Positions 16,538-27,318 are shown, numbered from the stretch's first letter. The stretch is DNA of 64,000 bases from an uncultured virus (IMG/VR IMGVR_UViG_3300036715_002711) (IMGVR_UViG_3300036715_002711), one strand, 5' to 3'. Numbers and translations: made by a program. Notes: generated from the sequence alone by a model not told the origin.

Positions 16538-19168
16538 TCAGTTCGTGAAGCTAAGTGACGAGATGCTCTGGCCCGCTGTCAGCTTGAACCGAACAATGAT
16601 GTCATTGCTGGTGCTGTTTGTCGAGCTCTGCGTGCCGAACGTGCACAAATATGTACCACTCGAACCAGCCATTACTGAGGATCCAGCGCAGCCATTGCTG
16701 CCGTTGCCGCCTGTTGAGTCACCTGGGTAGCCTGAGCCGCTGAATGACGTGAACATGCTCCACCAGCCCGTCGTGCTGCTGACCGTTGAAACGCCCGGTA
16801 GCGCAACCCAGCAACCTGCATAGGTGCCCGTGATCACAATGTTGAAGTTGCTTCGACTATCGCGTTGGAACTTCACCGTGAAGTACTGGGCCGCTGAACG
16901 ACCTGACGAGAGGTCAGGACCCACAGGCATGTAGCCGATCGAGTAGTTGGTTTGGTCATGCTTAAGCACGCCCGCAACAACCGTAGCGTCATGGATCTGG
17001 ATAGCAGAGCTTTGCGTCCAAGTGGCGTCACCTGAAACAGCAGGCTGGTCAGTATTAGTGAAGCCGCCGCGGCGAACAGCGTTGCTCGAGTTCGGTGACG
17101 TGCCTAAGCTGACAACCGGAATTGAGATCTCGTCAACGCGCGAGCCTGCTGAACCGCGCTTAACTAAGAGCGTAGCGCTCGTCATGTTAGTAGCCGAGCT
17201 CGAACCGTTGACATTCGTGCCGATGCCTTGCAGCAAGCCAGAGTTGTGAATGTTTGAACCGTCAATTGACACGGATAAGTTTGAGAGGCCTGTTGCGGAC
17301 ACCGTTTGACGAGCTACAGGTGTCGAGATGCCGATGTTTGCGTAGGTCTTGGCCTGAGACGAGATGATCGAGTTGGTGCCGCTGAGCGTAACCGGATTGC
17401 CGTTGTAGTAAGTCTCGCCCGCGATGTTAGCCAGCGTCAAGCCCGTAACCGACAGCGTCGCCGTAGTGTCGCCGTAGTGCGGCACGCTTGACGAGTACGC
17501 GTGCGGCGGTGTACCTGACTCGACAACAGACGTTGCCGCGATGACAGGCACGGCTGTCAGGTTATCCTTGAGCATGTAAAACTCGTTGGTGCTGCCTGAC
17601 AGGCTATGCGTGATGCGTACACGGTTCCAGCCTTGCGCGAGGCCAGACATGACAGCTTGCACGCTAAAGCTGCGCCAGAAGCCAGGAGTACCCGACGGAT
17701 AGTCGGCGCGCAACGTCATGACTGTTGCGCCTACTGTAGCTGAAGCAGGTGACGCGCTTGACGTGAACGCAGACAGCGCGTTGCCTGAGGTAGAACCGTT
17801 AACAGCGGTTGCAAGAATGCCTTGCGTGCCGCTGCCGAGCAGCGTTAGCGTGTTAGTGCTTGGGTTAGCAGCTGTGATCCGACCTGTTGAGTTAGCTACC
17901 ACGACCGAGTTGCCGGCTGTGTTAGGCGTGGACGGGATTGTGCCGCCACTCGTGTTGTCAGGTGCGGTGCCTGACGCCTTGAGCGGAGTTGTGCCGACAG
18001 ACGCAACGCTCAGCGTTGTGATCGTTCCTAGGTTCGGCGGGGCCGATGGGACGAGCAGCGAGAGCAGCGCGTTGAGGCCGTCAATGGCGTCAGTCACCTT
18101 GGTGGTGTCCGTCAACGAGATAGCGCCGGGCGTCCACGAGCCGTCGGTAGGCAAGCCGCCTGGCTGAGCAAGCGTGATTGACATGCCGTCTGATGGTAGG
18201 CCAGGGCCTGTTGGGCCGGTGACTGAGACGCCGTTAGCACCTGTTGGGCCTACAGAACCGGTCGGGCCTGTCGGGCCTGGCGCGCCGTCGACACCTGCTC
18301 CTGTCGGGCCGGTTGGGCCGGTCGTGCCGTCAACGCCAGCAGGACCGGTTGGGCCATCAGTGCCGTTTGAACCATCAGCACCAGTTGGGCCAGTTGGGCC
18401 AGGAGCGCCGTCAACGCCGGTCGGGCCTGTTGGGCCGAAGTCACCTTGAGGACCCGTCGGACCTGCATCGCCTTGGGGGCCTGTAACAGACAAACCGTCC
18501 GAGCCGGTTGGGCCGGTCGGGCCTGCAATAGTTGAGCCTGGCCCAGTCGGGCCGGCGATGCCTACCGAACCTGTTGGGCCGGTCGGACCTGCAACGGTAC
18601 TAGGAGCGCCGGTCGGGCCTGTAGAGCCAGCCGAACCGACAGCGCCGGTCGGGCCTGCGACGCCTGTCGAACCTGCTAGGCCAGCTGGGCCGGTAGCACC
18701 AGGCGAGCCAGTTGGACCGGTTGAACCGACAGCGCCGGTCGGGCCTGCGACGCCTGTCGAACCTGCTAGGCCAGCTGGGCCGGTAGCACCAGGCGAGCCA
18801 GTTGGGCCGGTTGAACCTACGCCAGCAGGGCCAGTCGGTCCCGCAGTACCAGCAGGCCCAGTCGGGCCGTTTGCAGGACCTGTTGGTCCTGTTGGTCCAG
18901 GCGCGCCGTTGCCTGTACCCGTACCGACAGCCACCCATTGGGTGCCGTCGTAAAAGCTAAACGCCAGCTGATCAGTGTCAAATACCAGCAATCCGAGAGC
19001 TGGATCACTGATCCCTTGTACCTGAGCCGTTGTTAGGCGTGGGGCAAGAAAGCCTTGATCCGTCGTGTTGATTGCCAGCGCGACTGAATCAGGAGTCGGC
19101 GGCATGCATGGGTCACCGATGATAACCGCACGGAATTCAGAGCCGAAATTGAGGATCTTGCCAGACAT
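16538..19168 (-). CDS. collagen-like virion protein
   Basis: Long GPTG-rich tract and Ser/Thr-rich beta-type C-terminus; TAAATA upstream at 19195-19200. Confidence 0.85.
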   Translation of the reverse strand: MSGKILNFGSEFRAVIIGDPCMPPTPDSVALAINTTDQGFLAPRLTTAQVQGISDPALGLLVFDTDQLAFSFYDGTQWVAVGTGTGNGAPGPTGPTGPANGPTGPAGTAGPTGPAGVGSTGPTGSPGATGPAGLAGSTGVAGPTGAVGSTGPTGSPGATGPAGLAGSTGVAGPTGAVGSAGSTGPTGAPSTVAGPTGPTGSVGIAGPTGPGSTIAGPTGPTGSDGLSVTGPQGDAGPTGPQGDFGPTGPTGVDGAPGPTGPTGADGSNGTDGPTGPAGVDGTTGPTGPTGAGVDGAPGPTGPTGSVGPTGANGVSVTGPTGPGLPSDGMSITLAQPGGLPTDGSWTPGAISLTDTTKVTDAIDGLNALLSLLVPSAPPNLGTITTLSVASVGTTPLKASGTAPDNTSGGTIPSTPNTAGNSVVVANSTGRITAANPSTNTLTLLGSGTQGILATAVNGSTSGNALSAFTSSASPASATVGATVMTLRADYPSGTPGFWRSFSVQAVMSGLAQGWNRVRITHSLSGSTNEFYMLKDNLTAVPVIAATSVVESGTPPHAYSSSVPHYGDTTATLSVTGLTLANIAGETYYNGNPVTLSGTNSIISSQAKTYANIGISTPVARQTVSATGLSNLSVSIDGSNIHNSGLLQGIGTNVNGSSSATNMTSATLLVKRGSAGSRVDEISIPVVSLGTSPNSSNAVRRGGFTNTDQPAVSGDATWTQSSAIQIHDATVVAGVLKHDQTNYSIGYMPVGPDLSSGRSAAQYFTVKFQRDSRSNFNIVITGTYAGCWVALPGVSTVSSTTGWWSMFTSFSGSGYPGDSTGGNGSNGCAGSSVMAGSSGTYLCTFGTQSSTNSTSNDIIVRFKLTAGQSISSLSFTN
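18633..18812. repeat. near-perfect 90-bp tandem duplication in the collagen tract
   Basis: Unit GAACCGACAGCGCCGGTC...GTTGG(A/G)CCGGTT repeated at a 90-nt period. Confidence 0.9.
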
Positions 19169-19222
19169 AGAGGATCACATTTTGTGTGACCCTCTATTTA
19201 TGAACGCATCAACTTTGGCAAG

Positions 19223-20158
19223 TTATACAGCGATGGGCAGCTTCACGAACGAGTGCGACTCATAGCCTTCGATCATGAAGTCGCTGATCTTGTAGCCATC
19301 GATGTCGACATTGTCGGTGTTGATCATCAGCCGCGGTTGGCATGCCGTAGGCGTCCGCTCGACCACCTCGGTCATCTTCTCCACGTGGTTCAGGTAGAGG
19401 TGAGCGTCGCCGTAGTTGATCTGCAGCTTTCTCGGCTTGAGGCCGGTGGCACGTGCAAGCAGGTGGGTCAGCAAGCCGTATTGTGCAATGTTGAACGGCG
19501 CGCCGAGGCCTATGTCCCAGCTGCGTTGGCTCATCATCAGGTCCAAGTGGCCGTCATTGCTGACATAGCATTGGAAGTCACGGTGACATGGTGGGAGACC
19601 CATGTATTCAAGAAAGGGTGGGTTCCAAGCCGTAACGATGTGCCTACGACCCGTCGGCTGGGCCTTCATGCGAGCGATGAGCTGTGCAAGCTGGTCAACC
19701 TTCTCCTGATAGACGTAGATCGCGTCACCGTTCTCAGCACGATGCTGCTTGACGCCGACCATGTTCTCAAATGTGAGCTGCTTGTACAGCGGGTGAGCTT
19801 GATCAGCGCGAATCTCAAGCAGCTTCGTTTCAGTCATCGTGATGAGCTTACCTGGCCACTTGCGCCACTGCACGCCGTAGATCGGGCCCAAATTACCGTC
19901 ATCATCAGCCCAATCATCCCAGATGTTGACGCCGTGCTCTTTAAGGAACTTCGTGTTGGGCTCACCACGGATGAACCACAACATTTCAATAAATGCAGAT
20001 TCCCATTTGGTCCTCTTGACGGTGACGAGCGGGAAGCTCTCACGGAGGTCGAATTCGACACTTCCGCCGAAGATGGCCTTCGTGCCTTGGCCCGTGCGAT
20101 CATCACGAGATTCGCCGTTGACGAGGACTTGCTTGACTAGATCGACATATTGCTTCAT
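19223..20158 (-). CDS. thyA: thymidylate synthase
   Basis: DRTG, LGPIYGVQWR, LPPCH, QRSWDIGLGAPFNIAQY, GDAHLYLNH. Confidence 0.97.
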   Translation of the reverse strand: MKQYVDLVKQVLVNGESRDDRTGQGTKAIFGGSVEFDLRESFPLVTVKRTKWESAFIEMLWFIRGEPNTKFLKEHGVNIWDDWADDDGNLGPIYGVQWRKWPGKLITMTETKLLEIRADQAHPLYKQLTFENMVGVKQHRAENGDAIYVYQEKVDQLAQLIARMKAQPTGRRHIVTAWNPPFLEYMGLPPCHRDFQCYVSNDGHLDLMMSQRSWDIGLGAPFNIAQYGLLTHLLARATGLKPRKLQINYGDAHLYLNHVEKMTEVVERTPTACQPRLMINTDNVDIDGYKISDFMIEGYESHSFVKLPIAV

Positions 20159-20451
20159 GCTATGGTCACCGAACATGTGTAGGTTGGGTCATCGAGGCTT
20201 ACGGGCCTCATCTTCGTGACGTAAACTTTGAGGTCAGGGATCTTGTCACCCTCTTTGACCTCCGGGAGCTTTAAGCCGTGTGGGTCGCACACAATCTGCT
20301 CAAACCACTCATTCACGATGTCATATGTGCAGCTGACAACGAAGAGATGGCTTGTGGCTTTGGAGTAGGCTCGCATCATGTCAATGTTTGACCCAAGCTC
20401 TTCAAAGAACAGGTCAGAGAGTCGAATACGACCCAGACGGCGTGACTTCAT
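20155..20451 (-). CDS. hypothetical protein
   Basis: 98 aa, ATGA overlaps on both sides. Confidence 0.7.
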   Translation of the reverse strand: MKSRRLGRIRLSDLFFEELGSNIDMMRAYSKATSHLFVVSCTYDIVNEWFEQIVCDPHGLKLPEVKEGDKIPDLKVYVTKMRPVSLDDPTYTCSVTIA

Positions 20452-21137
20452 GCTGCGTGCTTAGCGATGATCTCGTCGGTCCGTGGGCTGACCCAGCCGG
20501 CAGGCTTGATCACGTCAAAGGTCGAGCCGCGCTTTGAGTCGGAGGCCTTGAGGGCTCGCTCCTTGGACATGTTGGCGCGCTGCACATCGTCCCAGAGCTC
20601 GTCCCAGAGCTCTTCAGTCACGGCGCTGTAGGCGCTAGCGCTGAAGCAGCATGCTGTCATGGCGCCGAGGATGCCGGTGACATAGAGCTTGCGAGTCGTG
20701 TCATCGACTGTTTCATCCTCATGCAGCTCGTCATAAGCTGCGATGTGGAACTGCATAGTCTTGGCAAAGGCCGCAGCAGGTTCAGCGGCGGGCAGCTGAG
20801 CTGTACCTTCAGGCAGGCTTTCGGGATCGATGGGTAAGACGAAGGCACCGTCAAACATGTTAGCCGCAAGGGCGGTGCCCGAGTTCAGCTCAAGCGGAGT
20901 CAAGCCGTGCAGGAGTGCCGCGCCGCTGATGATGTAGATGAGGTCAATCAGCGAGTCAAGCGCCGTGGACAGGTCGAGGGCGTTGACAGCGTCGGTGTAC
21001 TCGGTCAGCTCTTCGGTGAAGAAGCCCGAACGGAACTTGTGCAACTCGTCCGAGAGGCGAGTGAAGTTGGTGGGCGTGGCCAAGCCGAACTTGTCGTGGA
21101 AGGCTTGAACATCAGATGCAAAGCGTACAATGGACAT
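20448..21137 (-). CDS. MazG-like/PRA-PH family NTP pyrophosphohydrolase
   Basis: FHDKFG, EELTEY, DSLIDLIY, VQRANMSK, KPAGWVSP. Confidence 0.85.
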   Translation of the reverse strand: MSIVRFASDVQAFHDKFGLATPTNFTRLSDELHKFRSGFFTEELTEYTDAVNALDLSTALDSLIDLIYIISGAALLHGLTPLELNSGTALAANMFDGAFVLPIDPESLPEGTAQLPAAEPAAAFAKTMQFHIAAYDELHEDETVDDTTRKLYVTGILGAMTACCFSASAYSAVTEELWDELWDDVQRANMSKERALKASDSKRGSTFDVIKPAGWVSPRTDEIIAKHAA

Positions 21138-21193
21138 GAAAATGGACTCCGTGAAAGGAGTCCATTTTACATTTAGCTCGCCGAAAGCGGCAT

Positions 21194-21643
21194 TTACTTA
21201 AGCATGTAAACTCGAAGCCAGTTCAGCATGTTCTCGTTGACATGCTTGCCCACGGATGGGCTGAGCACGAAGCGGTCGAGCTCTGGGAACCTGTAGGTCC
21301 CTCGGTCAACCATCGACTCGCACTTGAGAGCCATGGCGTTGATGTCGGACTCGAGCCGAACCTCGAACAAGTGAAGGTCCTTGCGCTTCGTGTACGGATG
21401 CATGCCGAGGTCCCTGAACTTGACGATGCGATGCACGTCACCCGTGTACTTGCAGGTCAGGTCGGTTTCCGTGTATGCGAGACCGGTTTCCTCATACAGC
21501 TCACGAACAGCGCCTTCCAGCGCCGTTTCCTCGCCGTCAATGTCGCCTTTGGGGACATCCCATTGGTCCGCACCCGTCGTATGCCCCAGCAGGATTCCGC
21601 TAGGGCATACGATGACAAAGCCAGCAGAAACCTGCTTGCTCAC
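21194..21643 (-). CDS. Nudix hydrolase
   Basis: PKGDIDGEETALEGAVRELYEETG Nudix box; FPELD. Confidence 0.92.
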   Translation of the reverse strand: MSKQVSAGFVIVCPSGILLGHTTGADQWDVPKGDIDGEETALEGAVRELYEETGLAYTETDLTCKYTGDVHRIVKFRDLGMHPYTKRKDLHLFEVRLESDINAMALKCESMVDRGTYRFPELDRFVLSPSVGKHVNENMLNWLRVYMLK

Positions 21644-22227
21644 GCGCTAACCACCGTGTCCGTAGCGGCGTGCTCGGCGCTCACATTACCGATCAGGCCT
21701 GGATGAGCCTTGACCAAGTGGCGCTTCAGGTCAGAGATCGTGTCCGTGATGAAGGCCTTGCTGTCGGTGTTGCCGACGGACAGGGTCTTGTCGGTGTAGA
21801 ACACGGCGTGACCGAGGATGGCGTCGAAGTCCAGCTCGTAGCCGGCGCCGTCCTTCTCGCGAGCGATCTTCGGGGTCTTCAGGGCGTGAGCGCGCCAGCC
21901 ACGGACGCCGCAGACGCGGCTCTTCTCGGCCCAGGTCTTGATCTCTTCGGCCAGCAGCTTGCGCAGCTTCTTGGCCTCGCCGGTGCCGTTGACGAAGACC
22001 TGGGCCTTAATGTTCAGGACATCGACGCGGGACTCGCTCTTGACGGGAGGGATGGCGACCATGCCGGACAGGACAGGGTGGGTCAGGAGCAGCTCGACGG
22101 CCTTGGCCTCGGTCTTGACGTCGGTGATCTCGACGAAGCCGGGTTGATCCTTCAGCTCACCCATGCAGTTGAAGGAGTGGGCGGTCAGATCGAGACCACG
22201 GATGGTGTAGGTACGGGGATTGGACAT
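21640..22227 (-). CDS. hypothetical protein
   Basis: 195 aa, strongly biased codon usage. Confidence 0.8.
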   Translation of the reverse strand: MSNPRTYTIRGLDLTAHSFNCMGELKDQPGFVEITDVKTEAKAVELLLTHPVLSGMVAIPPVKSESRVDVLNIKAQVFVNGTGEAKKLRKLLAEEIKTWAEKSRVCGVRGWRAHALKTPKIAREKDGAGYELDFDAILGHAVFYTDKTLSVGNTDSKAFITDTISDLKRHLVKAHPGLIGNVSAEHAATDTVVSA

Positions 22228-22236
22228 TATGTGCTT

Positions 22237-22401
22237 TCAGTGAAGTTTAGCCCACCCGAACACCGACGATGTTGAGATCAGGCTTACGGGGGAACGGAAA
22301 AGTCGAGACGGCGTCTTGCAGTATGAGCAGACCGCTCGGCCTACCTTTGGCAGCTCCAGCGGAGCTTCACAAGGTTTGCATGTAGGTCGTTGCGAGTTCA
22401 T
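22237..22401 (-). CDS. small Zn-ribbon-like protein
   Basis: MNSQRPTCKPCEAPLE...VCSYCKTP, 54 aa, ATGA overlap with PARP stop. Confidence 0.55.
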   Translation of the reverse strand: MNSQRPTCKPCEAPLELPKVGRAVCSYCKTPSRLFRSPVSLISTSSVFGWAKLH

Positions 22402-23729
22402 TTGCCTGGCCCAAACTCGATCAGGTGGGTGATGTTCGCTTGGCCGAGGCGGAACACAATCATCTCGTTGTTCAGCACGCCGGACTGCTTGCCCTTGGCG
22501 AAGGTGCTGTCATAGCCAGCCGGCGGCGGAGTGTTGCGTGGGCTTGACGGCACATGATACTTGCCCATGGCCACATCGACAACAAACATGAAGCAGTTGT
22601 TGTCGTATCCACCACCGCCTTGCCAATAGCCATAGCTGTAGTTCAAGGACTTGGTGGACTGATCCGAGAAGTACAAGCCAGAGCCGAACATGGCGCCAGC
22701 GATGACCGCCGTCGGTAGCTGTTGTGGCATGACGAAGCCACGCTTCATGATGCTGAGCAGGTTGAAGATGCGCGAACCGTGCCACAGGCGCCACTGATTG
22801 TCCAGCTTGGCGCCGTCCAAGTCCCAAGCCGCCTTCATGTGCGGGATGGTCAGGCGGAAGCCGCGAATCGGGACCAAGTGCTTGGACGAATGGTTGTCGT
22901 TCTTGCCGTCATGGTACATCTTGACGATGTCGAGCCAGTCCTTGTCCTTGTCGCCCATGAGCTCGAGGCGCACGTCGAAGGATCGGGCCGGCGCCTGGGG
23001 CTGGTCAACCGGGGCGGCGGCAGCAACCGAGAGGCGTTGCTCGACAAGCTCGATCGAAGCGTCCAGCTGGTCCAGCAGGGAGACCTGCCGGGTCATTGCG
23101 GCGATGTCCGGCAAGAAGGAGGCGTGCCAGTTGCGGTGGCCGACACGTTGCGGTACCAGCATCAGGTAGTCGCTCAGGGCGCGCTTGAAGTCGGTGTTGT
23201 CGAAGTCAGCCTTCTTGACAAACGGCTCGAGCTTCGTGCCTAGGATGATGCGAGCCTGGTCAACGTTGGCCTTGGAGACCACGCCGACGGGAGTGCTGAT
23301 GACGCCGGTGGAGAGGTCGATGTCCATCTGACCGCCGGAGGCCAGCTGGATTTCATGCTTGTTGGCTTCAGCGAGCCTGGTGATCAGCGGCGCGAGAACC
23401 GGATCAGCGCCCGCGATGTCGCGGATAGCGGCTGTCTTGACGTGCGTTGAGGAGCCGGTCGGGCCTGATGGGCCCGTGGGTGCGGCCAAGACATCGATGG
23501 CGACGTAGCCACCCTTCTTGCCGTTCCACGGCTGAGTCTTTTCCTTGACCTTCTTGTCGAGCTTCGAGCGGTCATACGAGACGACGCCGTCGGATTGGAG
23601 AGAGCAGCCGATCCGACCGTACTCAATCTCCATGGTGTTATCGTCATACACCGTGTACTGCCAGACCTTGTTGTTGTTGGCCTCGGCGTCGCTCTTGACG
23701 AACTTCTTGACTTCAGTTACTTTTGCCAT
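22398..23729 (-). CDS. WGR-domain poly(ADP-ribose) polymerase-like protein
   Basis: NNNKVW..EYGRIG (WGR), helical regulatory region, LWHGSR, GAMFGSGLYFSDQSTKSLNY, NNEMIVF (H-Y-E triad). Confidence 0.92.
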   Translation of the reverse strand: MAKVTEVKKFVKSDAEANNNKVWQYTVYDDNTMEIEYGRIGCSLQSDGVVSYDRSKLDKKVKEKTQPWNGKKGGYVAIDVLAAPTGPSGPTGSSTHVKTAAIRDIAGADPVLAPLITRLAEANKHEIQLASGGQMDIDLSTGVISTPVGVVSKANVDQARIILGTKLEPFVKKADFDNTDFKRALSDYLMLVPQRVGHRNWHASFLPDIAAMTRQVSLLDQLDASIELVEQRLSVAAAAPVDQPQAPARSFDVRLELMGDKDKDWLDIVKMYHDGKNDNHSSKHLVPIRGFRLTIPHMKAAWDLDGAKLDNQWRLWHGSRIFNLLSIMKRGFVMPQQLPTAVIAGAMFGSGLYFSDQSTKSLNYSYGYWQGGGGYDNNCFMFVVDVAMGKYHVPSSPRNTPPPAGYDSTFAKGKQSGVLNNEMIVFRLGQANITHLIEFGPGK

Positions 23730-23789
23730 TGAACCTCTACCGTTATGAAGTGCGCCCTGATTGAGCGTCACGAGCTTATTTATAACGGA

Positions 23790-24125
23790 TTATACCGCAG
23801 CTTCGGCGTGCTTTTGAACCAGTCCGAGCTCTTCCGCCTGCAACTTTGTCATCTTGTTCACCCAAGCGGCATCGCTGGTGTACATGTACTTGTCGGCCAC
23901 TCTGTCGGCGTTCTCATCAGCCTGGCGGTAGGCCTTAATCAGCGGCACTCCGCTGCCAGGCTCATGCGAGCCCTTACCGCGAGACTCTTGCTGAGTCCGA
24001 TGCTCAACCTCGATGACCTTGTAGTAGCCTTGCCAGTACAGCGTGACCAGATCGCCGACCTTGATTTTGTTGGGCACAGCCTTAGGCTTGATGCCAGGGG
24101 TCATCTTGAGGTGAAATGTTGCCAT
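23790..24125 (-). CDS. hypothetical protein
   Basis: 111-aa ORF, SH3/KOW-like KVGDLV. Confidence 0.65.
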   Translation of the reverse strand: MATFHLKMTPGIKPKAVPNKIKVGDLVTLYWQGYYKVIEVEHRTQQESRGKGSHEPGSGVPLIKAYRQADENADRVADKYMYTSDAAWVNKMTKLQAEELGLVQKHAEAAV

Positions 24126-24303
24126 AGCTTTTTGATCTTGTTGATGACCCAGGCGTAGAGGGCGCCCGTGACCGCGAATGTAACCAGCAGCATGAGCGGC
24201 ATAGCGAGTCCTAGCAGGGCGCCGTCTATGCTTACTTAACTAGCACGTTGGCGTGCGTCTTGCCGCCGGTCGCATCGACAATGCAGATGTTGCCTGCCAC
24301 TCA

Positions 24304-25578
24304 TCATTCGGCCTCAGCGACCGACTGCGTCAGGTTGAGCTGACGCAGCGAGATGGACGGTAGCACGTGTTGGGTGTAGTGCTCCTTCAGGTTCGGCTCC
24401 TTGCCGCGCAGCTTGGCCATCAGCAGAGCGAAGTACTCGAAGTCCTCGCCCTTCGGGCCGAAGGTCAGCGCCGCTTCCTTGAAGTCCATGCCTTGGGCCT
24501 TGAGAACATAGGCGTCGAGCACGCGCTCGATGGCCAACAGCTCCTCAACGGTGTGCTGTTCGATGGCCGCGATCTCGGTCACGTCCACGCCCTCACCGAC
24601 CAGCATGGCCTTCAGGTCATCGATCTCCTCCAGCAGCACCATCTTGACGATGTCGCGCTCGCGCATGTTGGTCATGGCACGGTGACGCTCCATGTACCAC
24701 TTGGTCTTGACCTTGACCATCTGACCGTCCTCGAACTGGAAGACCCAGCCCTCGATGTCCGTGATGGTTTCTTGCAGCTCGAGGACGCACCGCAGCACAT
24801 GTGCAGGGTCACGTTTTTCGCCCAACATCTTGGCGAACATGGAGTCCGTGTAGTCACGCTGATGCGACTTCGAGCCTTCGCTTTCAACGATCGGGACACC
24901 GTACATGTGAGCGTTCAGGTCCAAGCGGCCCATCGGCCAGTACTGGCCAGTCTGATTGTCGCGCACGTGCAGCAGCGTCAGCAGGTCCTCTTGGTACGGC
25001 AGCACGATGCGAGCCGTCGGCGATGTCCACTCGAAGATGGCCGTGCAATCCTGCTCGATGATCGCTTCGCAAAAGTCGATGTAGTTCTTGCGTGTCGTCA
25101 TCCAGGCACGAGCTTGCACAGCAACGTCCGACTCGAAGCTCTTCTTGGACTTCAGCGTGAAGTTGCTGATACGCGCGCCACAGGACATGGTGTCTTGGTC
25201 GATGGGCATGCCGTCCTTGATCTCCTGGCTGCTGAAAGGCGCCACTCGGCAGTCAACCTTGACCGTGTGGATCATCGAGCCGTCGCGCTTGTCCATGACA
25301 CGAGCCAGTTTAGACCAGTTAAAGTCATGCGGGCGAGCGCCGTCCTTCTCGTTCAGGTTGAAGAACTTGTGCAACGGTCGGGCGACCAGTCGCTCTTGCT
25401 GGTCAAAGACCAAGCCACGGCATTCAATGGCGTGCGCGTTGTCCCAGGTGGATTCCATCGACACGACATAGGAGCTGACGGTCATGCCGTTGCTCTGTAC
25501 CATGTGCTTGATTTCAGGCTTGTCGCCGACGGCCTCCTTGAAGGGCGTCAGGTGGGTGATGATCGGAAACTTGCTCAT
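24304..25578 (-). CDS. T4 Rnl1-like RNA ligase
   Basis: ECRGLVF, PLHKFFNLNE, KRDGSMI (motif I), FEWTSP..RIV, EGWV, KVKTKWY. Confidence 0.93.
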   Translation of the reverse strand: MSKFPIITHLTPFKEAVGDKPEIKHMVQSNGMTVSSYVVSMESTWDNAHAIECRGLVFDQQERLVARPLHKFFNLNEKDGARPHDFNWSKLARVMDKRDGSMIHTVKVDCRVAPFSSQEIKDGMPIDQDTMSCGARISNFTLKSKKSFESDVAVQARAWMTTRKNYIDFCEAIIEQDCTAIFEWTSPTARIVLPYQEDLLTLLHVRDNQTGQYWPMGRLDLNAHMYGVPIVESEGSKSHQRDYTDSMFAKMLGEKRDPAHVLRCVLELQETITDIEGWVFQFEDGQMVKVKTKWYMERHRAMTNMRERDIVKMVLLEEIDDLKAMLVGEGVDVTEIAAIEQHTVEELLAIERVLDAYVLKAQGMDFKEAALTFGPKGEDFEYFALLMAKLRGKEPNLKEHYTQHVLPSISLRQLNLTQSVAEAE

Positions 25579-25611
25579 AGCTGCCTTCTGCGTTAGCTAA
25601 TTGGTGGAAGA

Positions 25612-25872
25612 TCAGACGGCCGAAGGCTCGGCTGCTGGGTTGAAGAGCGACGTCAGCGCTATGTTGACAATCAAAGCTGCATTGGCATCGCCGTTGCTTT
25701 CATGCCAAACGGCACCCACTCGGAAGTTGAAGCCGTGCACCTTGTGGCCGATGCGGATCCGCATACGAAGGAGGTCATCGGTTTCGGGCTTTGCCGCGAA
25801 AGTCATTGTGAACTTCTTTGCCAGGCCGTACTCAACAGCGCCGATCACGTGAACCGTTGCGTCAACTGCCAT
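25612..25872 (-). CDS. hypothetical protein
   Basis: AGGAG RBS; promoter at 25909-25937. Confidence 0.6.
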   Translation of the reverse strand: MAVDATVHVIGAVEYGLAKKFTMTFAAKPETDDLLRMRIRIGHKVHGFNFRVGAVWHESNGDANAALIVNIALTSLFNPAAEPSAV

Positions 25873-25947
25873 GCCGTTCTCCTAAGTATCACTGTTGCCG
25901 ATAGAATGATTGTACACCTATTCGGCTTCAGTATAAAACCAGCAAGA

Positions 25948-26280
25948 CTACTTGGAATCAAACTTCCAGAAGGCTTCGTAGGACTCGTTGTAGCCAGGCT
26001 TGTCGTACACGACCCTCCAGCCAGCGGAGCTGAAGAGCGCTTCGAAATCAAGGTAGTGCTCGTCGAACAGATACTGTGCGGTGACATCGAGGCCGCCTTC
26101 AGCGGCCTTTGCGATGATGGCCTCAACCACCGTATCTTGCTTCAACACGACATGCTGCACGTTAGCGGTCGGGTGGACCTTCTTAACGAGCAGCTCGTTG
26201 ACAGCCGCAATCACGTACTCGGGGATCGAGAACGCTTTGGCCTCCTGGGCCTTCTGCGGCGAGATGGGCTTGACTGACAT
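25948..26280 (-). CDS. phage hypothetical protein
   Basis: GGAGG RBS; IPEYVIAAVNELL..YLDFE..GWRVVYDKPGYNESYEA; promoter at 26303-26331. Confidence 0.8.
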   Translation of the reverse strand: MSVKPISPQKAQEAKAFSIPEYVIAAVNELLVKKVHPTANVQHVVLKQDTVVEAIIAKAAEGGLDVTAQYLFDEHYLDFEALFSSAGWRVVYDKPGYNESYEAFWKFDSK

Positions 26281-26334
26281 AGGACCTCCGTTTTGCATCG
26301 GGATTCTATCTTAAAGCCAAACCATTGTAAAACA

Positions 26335-26904
26335 TCAGATCCCTTGCGGCAACAACTTTTGCAGGATCTCGTGGATGCTTGCGTAGAGCGGGTCGAAGCC
26401 TTTGCTCTTGTCATTGACCAGATTGATGTCGGTCGCCGCATGCGTGATGCCTACTTCGGAGGCGTGCGCGTAGCGCTCACCATCCTTGACCAGGTTGGGC
26501 ACCTCGATGTAGATTAGCACAGCGTCATCGCGCGAGCGGATCCACTCAGCCTCGTTCTCAAACCGCACGTCGGTGATGATCGTGTCAAAGCCGGCGGCTT
26601 GGTTCTTGGTGATCTCGAGCTGTGCGCGTTTAATCCAGATGTCCTTGCACATCATGTCTCGCCCGTACTCGGTGCCGAGGAGCTGCAAAGCCTTGCGCGG
26701 CGTGAAGCCCCAGAACGGGTCAACGGCCTCTTTGAGGACACGGTCTTCGAGCTGCTGATCGGTGAAGCCGAAGAGCTCCTTGGACGCCCGCTTCAGCGGA
26801 CTTGCAAAGGCGTAGCGCTTGTACTTGTTGGGCCGTAGCTCTTGGATAATGTCAGCTACAGTGTCTTTGCCGGCGTTAAGCGGGCCGTGGATCCCGATGA
26901 TCAT
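26335..26904 (-). CDS. deoxynucleoside monophosphate kinase (T4 gp1-like)
   Basis: GPLNAGKDT, FASPLK, TPRKALQLLGTE, ITDVRFENE, HASE. Confidence 0.92.
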   Translation of the reverse strand: MIIGIHGPLNAGKDTVADIIQELRPNKYKRYAFASPLKRASKELFGFTDQQLEDRVLKEAVDPFWGFTPRKALQLLGTEYGRDMMCKDIWIKRAQLEITKNQAAGFDTIITDVRFENEAEWIRSRDDAVLIYIEVPNLVKDGERYAHASEVGITHAATDINLVNDKSKGFDPLYASIHEILQKLLPQGI

Positions 26905-26910
26905 GAAGTG

Positions 26911-27150
26911 TTAGAGGTGAGTGAACAGCGCCTTAACGGCGCTGACAGAGAGCCTGAAGCCCTCCAGCAAAGCGGAGCCTGCTGTCGTGATCCCTAACGC
27001 GATGACATAGAATGAGAAGACGCTGCCTGAGATGACCGCAATGAACGCGCTGATGGCGTGCTCCTGCTTATCATCCCAGTACCTCCACCCGTGGAATAGG
27101 GCGAGGACTAGGCAGCCGACCATGAGGGCGTTAAAGATGATGAACAGCAT
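26911..27150 (-). CDS. small membrane protein
   Basis: Two hydrophobic helices. Confidence 0.6.
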   Translation of the reverse strand: MLFIIFNALMVGCLVLALFHGWRYWDDKQEHAISAFIAVISGSVFSFYVIALGITTAGSALLEGFRLSVSAVKALFTHL

Positions 27151-27186
27151 GCCGTGATTATACGGCCTTGCTGCGCACTCAAGCAA

Positions 27187-27318
27187 TTAACGGAAGGTCA
27201 GGATCCACCACTTGAGCTTGAGCCAAAGCGTGTCTGGCCGGGCGGCACACGGCCCTGGATGGCCAGGCAGCCGGCCGCACGTCTGGCCCTTAGGCGGGAG
27301 GTCACAGCGCTGCTTCAT
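27187..27318 (-). CDS. small Cys/His peptide
   Basis: MKQRCDLPPKGQTCGRLPGHPGPCAARP..., 43 aa, overlaps topoisomerase stop. Confidence 0.5.
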   Translation of the reverse strand: MKQRCDLPPKGQTCGRLPGHPGPCAARPDTLWLKLKWWILTFR

